This document shows, in pieces, positions 13,301 to 24,700 of a stretch of DNA of 64,000 bases. The DNA comes from Callorhinchus milii (lineage: Eukaryota). Every line of letters starts with the position of its first letter. Within the stretch, counting starts at the first letter, position 1. The notes under the pieces were generated by a model. The model saw only the letters and a program-made list of their open reading frames with translations. It was not told the origin of the DNA and did no database searches. The DNA lies in the NCBI RefSeq assembly GCF_018977255.1, contig NW_024704742.1:15564001-15628000 (forward strand), written 5' to 3'. Made by a program: the position numbers and the translations under genes.

Positions 13301-14424
13301 TCCCACTTGTCTTTGTCCTCTAATCTCTAATCCATTGTTTATCCTTGGATACCCATCCCCCCTTGACACTAGTTTAAATCCGCCCCTACAGCATTTGATA
13401 ATCTCTTGGCAAGGAAGCTCACCCCTGCCTTGCTTAAGTGCTGCCCATCCTCAAGGTAAAGATCCCACCTCCCCCAGTAGTGATCCCAATTGTCCAGAAA
13501 ATGGAAACCTTCTTTTCCGGACCATTTCTCCAGCCAATCGTTCATGTGCCTGATCCTTTCATTATGGTGCCTTGTTGCCCGAGGTACCGGGAGTAACCCA
13601 GAGATCACCACCTTGAATGTTCTGGACTTGAGTTTGCTCCCCAGGTTTTGATACTCGCCCTGGAACATCTCAGCCCTCTTCTTACCAATATCATGGGTCC
13701 CCACATGGACCACGACTTCTGGACATTCTCCTTCCCCCCGAAGAATCTTGTCCATGCGCTCTGTGAAGTCCACTACCCTTGCACCAGGAAGGCAGCAAAC
13801 CATCCTAGCCTAACGATTCTGATTGCAGAAGATCCTGTCAGTGCCTCTTACTGTTGAATCCCCGATCACAACTGTATTGCCCTTATGAACCATGCCCTTG
13901 TCCTATTGGACAGAATGTCCACTGCTGTCCTCACGAGAGGCTTCCACGCTCTCGATGGCTAATGTTGAGTACCGATTAGAGACTGGTACTCTGTTGGGGG
14001 TGCTCTGCCTTGAACAAGGCCTCTTCTTGCCCCGTCGCATCGTCACCCAATCACTTTTAGCATGAATGAAGGCTGGCTGTGTGTTGGGCTCCTCTGGGAA
14101 TGGTCCTTTTCTTGAACTCTGACCTCCCGATAGCTCCAGTACCTCTCTCTCACGGCTCCTATACAGCGATGGGCTGCTATAACTGAGTCCTAGGAGAGTG
14201 AGGGTCCCCTCCACCATGCTGTCCAAGAACCTCTCACTGTCCCTGATGGAGCGCAGTGTCTGCACCTGAGACTCCAGCTCAGCTATTCTAAGTTGGAGCT
14301 TGCTCAGTTGCAGACGTTTGCTGCAGATGAAGTCACCTGGGCTCAGGTTGCCCTCCATCAACTCCCACATACCACATTCCTCGCACATCACCTGCCAGGC
14401 CATGAACTATCTGTCTATCTACAT
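10381..14424 (-). mobile_element. Near full-length CR1 LINE: ORF1 (Zn finger, coiled coil, SGNH esterase) and ORF2 (APE endonuclease, RT), disrupted
   Basis: 13903-14403 CEECGMWE..LRIAELE; 13369-13803 CCLPGARV..VHVGTHD..DGQHL; 12683-13260 YLNARS, GGGVA, YRPP, GDFN; 10475-11677 RT with FADD; CTATGAAT-like tail. Several stops and frameshifts. Confidence 0.95.
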
Positions 14425-14995
14425 TATATATGTGAAGGTTGATCCCATGTCTGCGGATGACATCACCAAGAGGGAGCATATAGATGAGGCAAAGAAGGGG
14501 GCCAAGGATGGAGTCTTGGGGTACCACGAAGATGACCAGGTGGGGATGAGAGGAAAAACCATTGGCTGAAATGAAGCGCTGGAGGTTGGTTGAGTAGGAC
14601 TCAAACCATGGTCCCAATAAGATGTGTGAGTGTGGAGAGGCGGTGGAGGAGGATGGCGGGGTCGACTGTGCCAAACGCAGCAGTGAGGTCTAGGAAAATG
14701 GGGAGGCAGAGGGAGCCCTGGTCTCAGAGTGAGAGGATGTAATTTGTTACTTTCACGAGCGTTATCTTTGTGCTGTGGGCTGGGTGGAAATCGGACTGGA
14801 GGGGCTCAAGTAGGGAGTGGAGGGAGAGATGTGAGAGAAAGGAGAGATGAGGGCAAAGGAGTGTAGGTTGGGGTACATGGTAGGAGGCATGGGAGGAGAA
14901 GTGGGTAATGGAAAAGGAATGGGAAGGGGGGATGGACATGGGGCAGGAGGAGGCAGCCAGGTGGATGTTGCCTATCTTGGAGATAAAGAAATCCA
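14425..14995 (-). mobile_element. L2 LINE, 5' part of the second split host
   Basis: Minus strand reads LEPLQSDF..HSTKITLVKVT and VPQDSILGPLL..IYMLPLGDVIRRHGINLHIY, contiguous with the YADD motif across the CR1. Confidence 0.88.
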
Positions 14996-16093
14996 AGATC
15001 TATTCGTACTTTGCGTTTAATGTTAGGATTGAGGATGCTTCATGGGGTGCGCGGAGGAAGTATTATAGCTTCTTATCATGTCTGAAGAATGCCTTAAAGC
15101 ATTTCACTGGAATTATTGTGAAATGGAGTGACTGTGTATTTGTAGTCAAATGCAGCAGCACAGTCGTGCACAGGAATGTCCCACAAACAGACATGAAAAG
15201 AATGACCAATTTTATTTGGGGGATTGTTGGCCAGGAAACTCCCTTCTCTTTTTGAAAATTGCCATGGGATCTTTGACATCCTGAACTGGCAGATGGGACC
15301 TCAGTTTAACGTTTCATCTATAGGATGGCATTTATGACAATAAAAACGTTGCCCCAACAGGAGTGTAGGTTGGGGCTGTGGTAGAAGCCATGGGAGGAGA
15401 AATGAGTAATGGAGAAGGAATGGGGTGGGGATGGCAGTCATGGGGCAGTGGAGTATCAGCTTAGATGATGGAAGTTCAAGTTCTGACATGGGGAATGAAC
15501 CTAAATCCTTCTGACTCAGAGTGATACCACCGAGCCAAACTGACACTCTTATAAATTTGTACTATAATTAGATGTATCTGGTTTACATATCTGAGACAAG
15601 ATGATTTGAAATTATTTTTGGTCATCTTAAAAAAGGAATTGGGTATCTCTCTTACTAAACAGTAGTACATACAAATCAATGGAGGAAATCTACCATTAAA
15701 TTTTAGAGGAGATTAAACATAACTTGTTTGCATTAGATTTGTTTCAATCTGTTCAAAATGTCACCGCTAATAAAATTATCGTAGCTAGCAAAAGGCATCA
15801 TAGTAATCCTTGTATTTGACATAGGGTCTCTATCTTCGACCACGCCCTCGGCCACCTTCCTACTTCTACCTTCCCTGCCCTCCACCCCTCATGATCTGAA
15901 TCTCCTGCTCGGTTCCAAAACCCTGACTTTCCAGCTGGTTGCATCCTCTCGAAGTAGAAGGCAATGTACAAATGTAATTTGTGATTGATGTTGTTGTATT
16001 TCAAGTTGGAAGGTCATCTCAAGGCACTTCAAATGATTTACTGTAAAATGTAGTGACTGTCTATATTCCGACAAACGCCTTACTCAAATGTGC

Positions 16094-16162
16094 TGATAAC
16101 AGTTTCCAATTAAATTCTGATGACGACCTTTATCTGACTTCCCCAATTCTAGCCAATAAATA
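16094..16162 (+). promoter_or_regulatory. Putative chemokine core promoter
   Basis: TATA-like AATAAATA at 16155-16162, about 90 nt above the ATG, preceded by GACTTCCCC (reverse GGGGAAGTC, ETS/kB-like) and two GATA motifs. Motif matches only. Confidence 0.35.
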
Positions 16163-16251
16163 CAAGATCCAAATGTGCAAGACCAACCATACCCTGAAGA
16201 CTCTCAACAGTTCTGACTGAAGACTTAGCAAGACGCCCAGAGGAAGCAAAA

Positions 16252-16312
16252 ATGAAGACCCAGGTGATGCTTTTGCTCCTGGCAATAGTTGTCACTTTTG
16301 TGGCTGTGGAAG
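16252..16312 (+). CDS. CXC chemokine exon 1 (signal peptide)
   Basis: ATG in AAAATG context, hydrophobic peptide MKTQVMLLLLAIVVTFVAVE, donor AG|GTAAGG, phase 1. Confidence 0.9.
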
Positions 16313-18109
16313 GTAAGGATTAAGTTGCATCAATTATACTTAGTGAGACTTCTTTCCAAAACAATTCTATCATTTAAAGTAGGTCACTATTCACCAAATA
16401 ATCAACAATGCATTCTTTAGCTAGGGGTAACCTTTTAATATAAATAATTAAATGGCATTTCAGTGGTTCTTTGACTGTATTGTCTTTGGTTCAGTCTTTC
16501 CATTTTAAACCCATGTATCGCAGATGCAACCTATTCAATTGATGAAAAATTTCTCTGGATTAGATATTTCATGGGTAGTTATAGTTTACATAAAATCTTT
16601 ACACAGCTTTCTGATTTTAAAAAGAAAACAAGACAAAGAAAACATGCATTAAATGGTAACAGATGAGCTCACAGAATGATTGTGTTTTCTCTTTGATCTG
16701 TGACTAATTCAATTACATTGGTTACCATTCTAAAAGATTTCATACAATCATGAAAAGTTTGCACCACAGTAGGAAGCTGTTTTAACCCTGAACCAGTGAA
16801 CAAGAGCTGCTTCACAGGATGCTGATTGAGTTAAGTCAGTTTGTATCAAATTATAACTGCACTCAAACGGAGGTCTTTGTGATCAGCAATGAGCAGAGAA
16901 ATCTTTCGCTCCAACCACAAGTCTGCGGCGAGGAACAAGCTGAGAGTTCTGGTCATCCTTATGTCTTATGCAATTATTATCTCTTTCAGGAAGCCTAGGA
17001 CCTGGAATTGAATCAAAATGTAAATGTATTAGAACTACATCTGCTTTCATCCACCCAAGAAAATACCAACATGTTGACATTTTTCCTCAGAGCACCCTTT
17101 GCAGAAGAGTGGAAATCATGTAAGTATTAAAGGAAATATTTTCTTCTGCTTTACAGTAACAAAGTGTTGGACTAAGACAACTATTTAAAATATCATATCT
17201 CTGGAGAAATTACATTTTAAATGTCACACAATGTAAAGCTGTCTAACTTGATCATCTTGGGATGGTTATTGTAGCCAGCTAGTTCAGCAATGCATTTATC
17301 ATATTATATCACTACTAAATTGCCTCATGATTGTCCAGTCAGGTGGAAGAGGTGGAACAAAGCCATTTAAGTTTTATCTTTAACAGTATAACTAGAGGTG
17401 TTTCTGTTTGTGATGTGCTACAGAATTCGCCTCATCAACAAGAGGGTTGTTTGTATCAATCCAGAGACTGCATGGGTCAAGAAAGTCGTCAGCATCATAA
17501 CAGAAAGGTATGGATCCTTTGACATTACATTTTGTATATTTCTGCCTGTTTTATCAGTGTCTGAAAGCATTTAATATTTCTTCCATTAGAAACATAGGAA
17601 TATAGAAACTAGAGAATTGACAGATGTTAAATCCAATTTCCTTGTCTTTTTCTATATATTTTAATTCTTATTTCCCAAGTATAAATCGCCATTAAAAAAA
17701 ACCCTATCTGTGTTTTATGCTTATTAGGGTGATTGCTTCATCTATCTATGCATGATTGTGTGTGTATGCATTTCTCCATTTGAGACTGCTAACAGTTAGA
17801 GGATCTATTCTCCCTCTGTTTTCCTCCCTCAAAATTAGTGAGAGGATTAACTACCATAATCTCTCATTTATGGAGTTAATATCTGACAAAATGTGACATT
17901 ACCTCAAGGAACAAAATAATACTTAACTCAAGCCTATAATTCCCGTGGTATCCATGCGATGGTTTTGTTTTGCCCAGGAGACTTGAGCAATTGCAATCAA
18001 TTTTTTTAATCATAAGTATATTTTTATATATTGGACCAAATTAATTTCACATATTTTCTATTTTTTCAACAGTAAGCGAATTGTACCTTCAGAGGAGACC
18101 TCTACATAA
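16252..18109 (+). CDS. CXCL13: ELR-negative CXC chemokine, CXCL13-like; join(16252..16312,16990..17119,17424..17507,18073..18109), 103 aa
   Basis: Spliced translation: MKTQVMLLLLAIVVTFVAVEGSLGPGIESKCKCIRTTSAFIHPRKYQHVDIFPQSTLCRRVEIIIRLINKRVVCINPETAWVKKVVSIITESKRIVPSEETST*. It has a signal peptide, CxC plus two more Cys, the EII and C(V/I)xPxxxWV motifs, and GT-AG introns in phases 1/2/2 typical of CXC genes. The family call is firm. The CXCL13 label rests on remembered similarity (CxC-xxTTSxFIxPR, CRRVEII) and is tentative. Confidence 0.85.
16990..17119 (+). CDS. CXC chemokine exon 2 (CKC motif and third Cys)
   Basis: Acceptor ctctttcAG; GSLGPGIESKCKCIRTTSAFIHPRKYQHVDIFPQSTLCRRVEII; donor AT|GTAAGT. 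Confidence 0.93.
17424..17507 (+). CDS. CXC chemokine exon 3 (fourth Cys, C-terminal helix)
   Basis: Acceptor ctacAG; IRLINKRVVCINPETAWVKKVVSIITE; donor AG|GTATGG; frame continues from exon 2. Confidence 0.93.
18073..18109 (+). CDS. CXC chemokine exon 4 coding part
   Basis: Strong pyrimidine tract ttttctattttttcaacAG, then SKRIVPSEETST-TAA and an AT-rich putative 3'UTR. Confidence 0.7.
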
Positions 18110-18726
18110 GAAATATGAAAAAAAATTGAACAAAATGAATTTCACTGCACACCAAAAGCCATATCTCTATTCTCCGACTGTTGTATTACAGCCTCAGAAA
18201 TAGATTGTTCCCATTATTTTAACCAGCTTATAGCCTGCAACAATTTAAACTATATACAGCCAATTTTAACAATCTCTAGTAGTTTCTTATTCCATTTTCA
18301 TATAGTTTTTTGAGGGGATGCAATGTTTTACTGTCGCAAAATATGAACCAGTACATTTGAAACAGTCTGTATTCGTGAATGTGCAAAGATTTTGCACGCT
18401 CAAATTTAATTTTGGAAAAGTCTGTGTGGATATGTAGAAAAAATATCCTCTCAGTCTTATTTGCAGAGATTGTTCTTATGTTGATTATTTACTTGAATGT
18501 TTACCTTTCTTTTGCTAAATCAAGCTGAGTATTTTGCCAAAATACTGTAATTGTAGTTTTACACTGAAATCCGATACAACAGTACTGTGAAATCAGTATG
18601 ATGTTTTGCCATTTCAGTAGACATTGTAAAGTCAGGTAGAGTGCATAGCAAATGATATATGTGCATAATGTTATAATGTGCGTCCGTTTTGTACTTATGG
18701 CTGTTTTTATATTTGTAAATGTGGCT

Positions 18727-18780
18727 AATAAAATGGCGTTTTTAAACATAGTGTGTTACATGAAACTATTTGTTAATAAA
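18727..18780 (+). terminator. Candidate polyadenylation signals of the chemokine
   Basis: AATAAA at 18727-18732 and 18775-18780, about 0.65 kb after the stop. Confidence 0.55.
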
Positions 18781-20284
18781 TGATTCAAATGTCCCCAAAA
18801 TAGTCTAGTTAACCTTTCATTTTAGTGAATAAGATTTATATTATTATTGTTCACAAAGGATGACTTTAACAGTCCACATGCCTACTCTGCCCACCCCATA
18901 TTCCTTTGCCTTTTATTTCCCCAGTCACTCCATCCCTCATGCCTTCTTCCTCGCTCCCCATCCCTTTCTAACCCATTGAAACTATCCTCCTCCTTTATCC
19001 CTCTCGCTCACTACCTGCTGCCTTATTACTCACCAGATGCCCAAAATGCTCTGTGTACTTAGAGCGATAGCAAAACCGGGTAAACAAATGATCAGTGCAG
19101 AAGTGTGACTGTTGTTAAATATGATATTCCTGGGTCAAGTTCAGAAAGGAAACATTTCTGTGGTCAATGCAGGAAAACATTTATTTGGCTACAGCACCTC
19201 ATGGAGAATGGGGCACAATTAGCCATAGCCAAGAAAAGGATGGGGACATTTTTTTGACAAGTCCTCATGGCATGGCCTCATGGCATGGTATGAAACGCAC
19301 TATACTGAATATAAGGATTATTATTTTGCAGAAGCTGGGAAAGTGTTCAATTTTATAGCTTTTTTTTGGAGATCAATGAGAATACAGCATTTCATACCAG
19401 AGTCAGTGTGAAACTTAGTCTTTCATTGGCTGAATACACAGCACACATGGAGCTCTTTCCTTCTCAATATCATCTGATACCTTACCATTTCTCTCAGTAA
19501 AAGAGTACACTGTGGCCTGAGCCATGTCTATGGGGCTAGATATCTTTATTTTGTTGCGGATTATTTCTTCCAGTTATCCTGGTTTGTATTTCTCTCTCAT
19601 TCAAATTTACAAATTTAAAGTCAATCCGGGCCATAGGTACCCAGCGGAGCCAGTATGCATGGGAATAATGAGGTATGGAAATAATGGCGATGCGAACAAT
19701 ATAATACAAAATTGCATTTGCATAGCACCTTTCCCGTTGAGAGGACGTCCCAAGATGCTAGACAGTCAGGAATTTGGACCCAATTGGGGTGGGGGGGGCT
19801 GGGATCAGGGAGGGTGGAGGGCAAGGAGGGTGGCCAAAGGTGTGGTCCAAGAGACATTCCTTGAAGGAGGCAGGGAGGGAGCCAGGCCAAGGGAATGTGG
19901 GATGGAGCTCCAAAGGGTAGGGGTAGAGAGGCTGAAGGCCCGATCATCAATGGTGGGGCGGACAGAGCCTGGTGGAACATCGAGCAGCCCAGAGCCTGCT
20001 GAGCGGAGGGAGTGGACAGATTGATATGGGGATAGCAGGTCACAGAGGTAGGAGGCGGCAAGGCCGTGGATGACCTTGAAGGCGAGGATAAGGACTCTGG
20101 AAAGGTTTGACCTATTGTGAAATTATCAGAAAAGCGTTGAATCTAGTTCAGGAGAAATTCTTTTTGCTACCCATGGTATCAGGAGAAACAAATCGTGGCT
20201 CAGGGTCCCAGAATACATCCCAATCTGTAAAAGTGCAGGAATGATCCTAGCAGAGCAGAATTTCATTAAAAGTACACAATTCCA

Positions 20285-20600
20285 GGTGGTTAGTTCCCTC
20301 TCCCACTGGATGATTGGGTTTGATTCCTGGGCAGGGTGACACCTCAGGCAGGGTTTTACTCCACACGCTTCTATTTACCGAGCAGAAAGTAGGAACCCGG
20401 TTGTTAGTCGATTAGTGGATTGCTTCCCCCAAGGAATCATCCCTCTCAATAAATAAATAATTTGGTCACTCAATCAATGACTGTTTGTGCACACTTGGCT
20501 GCTGAGTTTCAGCCACAAAATATAAAGTCAACTAACTTTACAGTATATTCTGTGAAGTGATTTGAAACGTCTCAACGACGCAATAACGAGCTATTTCAAA
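20285..20600 (+). mobile_element. Diverged SINE, family A
   Basis: tactccacacgc..gtaggaacccggttgttagtcg..actttacagtatattctgtgaag. Confidence 0.75.
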
Positions 20601-21333
20601 ACACAAATGCAAAATAAGATTAAGACACATATATCTTATTTGTGTATAGAGGTTCACTGCTGAGGAAAATGGCTTTTTCAACTGTAATAACTGTTGTGCC
20701 TATTTCTCTTCAGCAAAAACACCATGGCAACAGTCTGACCATGATTGGAATAGGATACACACGACAGCGGTCGTTTACAGATTTTGCTTCACTGAATGAA
20801 TTAATTTTAATATCCAATCTAGACAAAAAAAATCTCTTACATAAGTTAAACACTTCCCTCCTGAGCTGCCAAACGTTTAAAGGCAACAATAACAACAAAA
20901 TTACATTTGTATAGCGCCTTTCACATCAGGAGGACGTCCCAAGGCGCTGGACAGACAAAGTTACGGACCCGAGCTGGGGGTCAGCATGTGGGGGTGGGGG
21001 AGGGCAGTGGGGTAAGCAGGGAGATCGAAAGCTGAGCAGAGGGAGCGAACAGGGTAGTCGGGGATTAGGAGGTCGGAGAGGTAGGGGGGAGCAAGACTAT
21101 GGAGGGCTTTGAAGGTGTGGACCAGGAAGGTAGACTATAACAGAAAGTGGTCACATTTAACAGAGCAGAGGTTGTCAACTACAATACACCTTTGCTACAT
21201 TTACTGATGACAATCCCTTTACTACATTACAGAAAAGGTTTTGCATACACCAAACCGCCAAATGCTTCGAAGAGTCAAATCACTCACGTTTTGTGTATTG
21301 TAAATGAGAAGGTTCATACTTAAAACCCTGTGC

Positions 21334-21702
21334 AATAATAATAATAATAATAATAATCCTTGTATTTGATATAGCGCCTTATCACGTCTTCGGAATGTCT
21401 CAAAGCGCTTCTCAGAATATACTGTAAAAGTGAATTGACTGTATATTTTTGGACGAAATGCAGCAGCTAATTGCACACAGCAGTGTCCCACAAACAGTCG
21501 TGGATTGAAGCAACTATTTTTTTCTTTAAGGAATTATGCCTGCTGGAAAAGCGATCAGTCAATCAACTAACAATCGTGTTCCTACTTACTGCTAGATAAA
21601 CAGAGGTATGTGGTGCAAGGAAACTTGTTGCCCTGCCGGGAACCGAACCCAGGTTCTCTTGCTGGCGAGGCGAGTGCTCTAACCACTGAGCTACAGGACT
21701 CC
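21334..21702 (-). mobile_element. Full-length tRNA-derived SINE, young family A
   Basis: Head GGAGTCCTGTAGCTCAGTGGTTAGAGCAC with A and B boxes, L2-like tail ..atatcaaatacaagg(ATT)n. Confidence 0.9.
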
Positions 21703-24700
21703 AATGTTCCCAAGTTATGCAACTAACTCATATCTGTTAACTACAGCACATTTAAAACTCTGTTACTCTGAATCTATAACAAACTAATTAAAAAGAACAA
21801 CAACAACTTGCACTTATATAGCACCCTCCAAACATGGTAGCGTCTCAGAGCACTTAACAGAGGCGGAACCTGACTCCGAATCGGGGGAAGGGGGGAGGTG
21901 ACTGTAAGCACTTTCGAAGAGGAAAGTTTTCAGGCAGGACTTGAAAGAGGGGAGAGATGGAACAAGGCAGTGAGGGAGTGCGTTTCAGAATTTTGGGGTG
22001 GTGGCTGAAAGCACGACCTCCGATGGTGGGGCGGAGGGTACGAGGGATGAGCAGGAGGCTGGTGCCAGTCAAGCGGAGGTGCCAGGTGGTGGATTGCGCA
22101 GTGAGGAGGTCGGAGGGGTAGGGAGATGCCAGGGAGTGAATAGATTTGAACACGAACCTTATCAAAAGCTCTAAATATTTTCATGCTTACATAAATTATA
22201 TATATTTGACACAATACCTCCTGAAACTGACTCAATCTGTAGAAAAAAAAAGAATATTTTTTGTGGTCTGCGCCATAGCAAATGTTGGATTCACCTCAGG
22301 CATTCTTATTTTCAAAAAGGCTCTGCTGCAAAACTTTTGGTACTTTTAATCTACATAAACAATTGATACAAGATGTGTCAACACTGTGCCTACTTAACTC
22401 CAAATGTCACTGTTGAGAGACTGAAGGTTTCTTTACCACCACTGACTCATTTAAGGATAAGCAAGGCAGAAGTGATTCAAATCAAACTTGAATTCAGTTA
22501 GAATCAAAGGATCCTCTTATTTAACAAAACACAATGTACAATATGTTACCATTTCTGGAAGAAAAAAATGATTAACATATCTTCCTTGCACTAGCAATAA
22601 CAATCTTCCTTACACTAGACTAAATGGTTTCCTTACACTAGTATTAAAGTATGAATAAGGTCAAATAGGACTGATGGACCTGTTTGATCTGCATATTCTT
22701 TAGTGCTAAGGATCAGCCAATGATTAACAACAACAACAACTTGAATTTATATAGCGCCCTCCACGCTGGACGGCGTCTCAGAGAGCTTCACAGTGACAGA
22801 TCCTGGGGCCGAGCCAGGGGAAGGGGGGAGAAGGTGACCAAAGGCACGATTGAAAAGAAAGGTCTTTAGCCGAGATCTGAAAATAGGAAGAGAGGAGGCA
22901 AGGCTAAGGGAGTGAAGAAGGGAGTTCCAGAGCCTCGGGGTGTAGTGGCTGAAGGCATGGCCGCAGATGGTGGACCGGAGGATTCGGGGGACAAGGAGGA
23001 GGCCAGACCTGGTGGAGCGCAGGCAACAGGCACTTTTGTGAGGAGAGAGGAGGTCAGAGAGGTAGGGGGGGTGCAGAGGAGTGGAGGGTTTGAAGACAAG
23101 AGTGAGGATCTTGAAGTCGATACTCTCTGGGATAGGCAGCCAGTGCAGTCTGGCAAGGACTGGGGTTATCGGGGAGCAGAGTTTGGTGCGGGTAAGAATG
23201 CGGGCGACAGAGTTCTGGATGACCTGGATTTTATGAATGGTAGTGGAGGGGAGACCAGCGAGGAGGGCATTTGAATAGTCCAGCCGAGAGGTGACGAAGG
23301 CATGGACTAGGGTTTCGGCGGCTTTTGGGGTGAGATATTGTATTAATCAAGTGTGATGGAAACGGTCAGACAACTGAGTTGAGATTCTGACTGATCATCA
23401 AAAGTTGCAAAGGGAAGATTTAAGAGATTTAAACTGATAAACAAAAATGTGTAAATGCAGCATGCAAAGAAATCAATAATAAATCAAATCAAAGTGAAAT
23501 AAGTGACTAAGTTTTTCTCCGAAAGACGCTGAAACCGTTTTTTTCACTCTTCTATTTACGCATCTAGATAGCTGAATGCCTGAAGCTTTATGTATGGGTT
23601 TTGCATTCATTTGTCAGAAAATGTGAACTTTTAATAATATAAATATAATAATCCTTGCATTTGATATAGCGCCTTATCACTTCTTGGAGACGTCTCAAAG
23701 CCCTTCACAGAATATACCGTAAATTGAATTAACTATGTATTTTGTGGGTAAAATGTGGCAGCCAATTGAGAACCAAGTCAGTAATATATTAAATGGAGCA
23801 GTTTTGACCTTTATCTTTGATACATGGTGCATCAATACCATTAATTTGCCTCAACAGACTTTAAGCAATGCAAAAGCAAATTAAGTGTGCAAAATAGATC
23901 AGCGAATCTAACCTAGAAACTCAAACCTGAAAGATGGGAAACCACAACTTACTTTGAAGTCAATGGTGTAATTTGTATGAGCACTTCAGATGGAAATCAT
24001 GAGTAATTCTAACCTTAGAAGTTACATTCTTCCCATTGCAGCTGAATTTCATTAGACATTGGTTTCACCTTAGCTTTTTCAAGTCCTTTTGATTTTGTTC
24101 AATACCTTCAGTACTCAACTATTCCACAACACTTGCACAAACAAGAGGCAATGATGTGAACTGGAACAACATTCTTCATTTGCAAGCGTGCAGATCTGCA
24201 AGCATGCCCCTGTATAGAGAGCTATGCATAGATTCATTGATCCTACACTGAGCAGTTTAATGTTAACTCTGTAGATCACTTCAATATTTATATTTCACAC
24301 AAAAATGTTGCCCCATTAACACATCAATATTTCAATGTAAATCCATTTGTTCCCTGTAAGTCACAATCAGTGGTTCAAAGTTTTTAATTATATAAAATTA
24401 AACAAGGCTTTTAGCTTAATAAAAATGTGATTCTACAAAGTCGGGGTATATTTTCATTTCGCAAAAGGATTTATTTAAAATTCAAATTAGAGTTTTACAA
24501 GAACAATACTTTGGTTGCAATATTATCTTACGTGAATCTGGGAGTGATTTTTTGAGATCTGCACCCAGAACTAGTGGAATGGAATTAGGGTCTGCAACAA
24601 CAACAACAATAAAATAACATTTGTATAGTACCTTTCACGTGAGGAGGACGTCCCAAGCCATTGGACAGTCAGTGTTTTGGACCTGAGCTGGGGATCATGA

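Noticed and set aside
16990..17119. CXCL8/IL-8 identity for the chemokine
   Set aside because: No ELR-like motif (ESK precedes CKC) and no GPHC; the residues fit CXCL13-like proteins better, though a phylogeny is needed.
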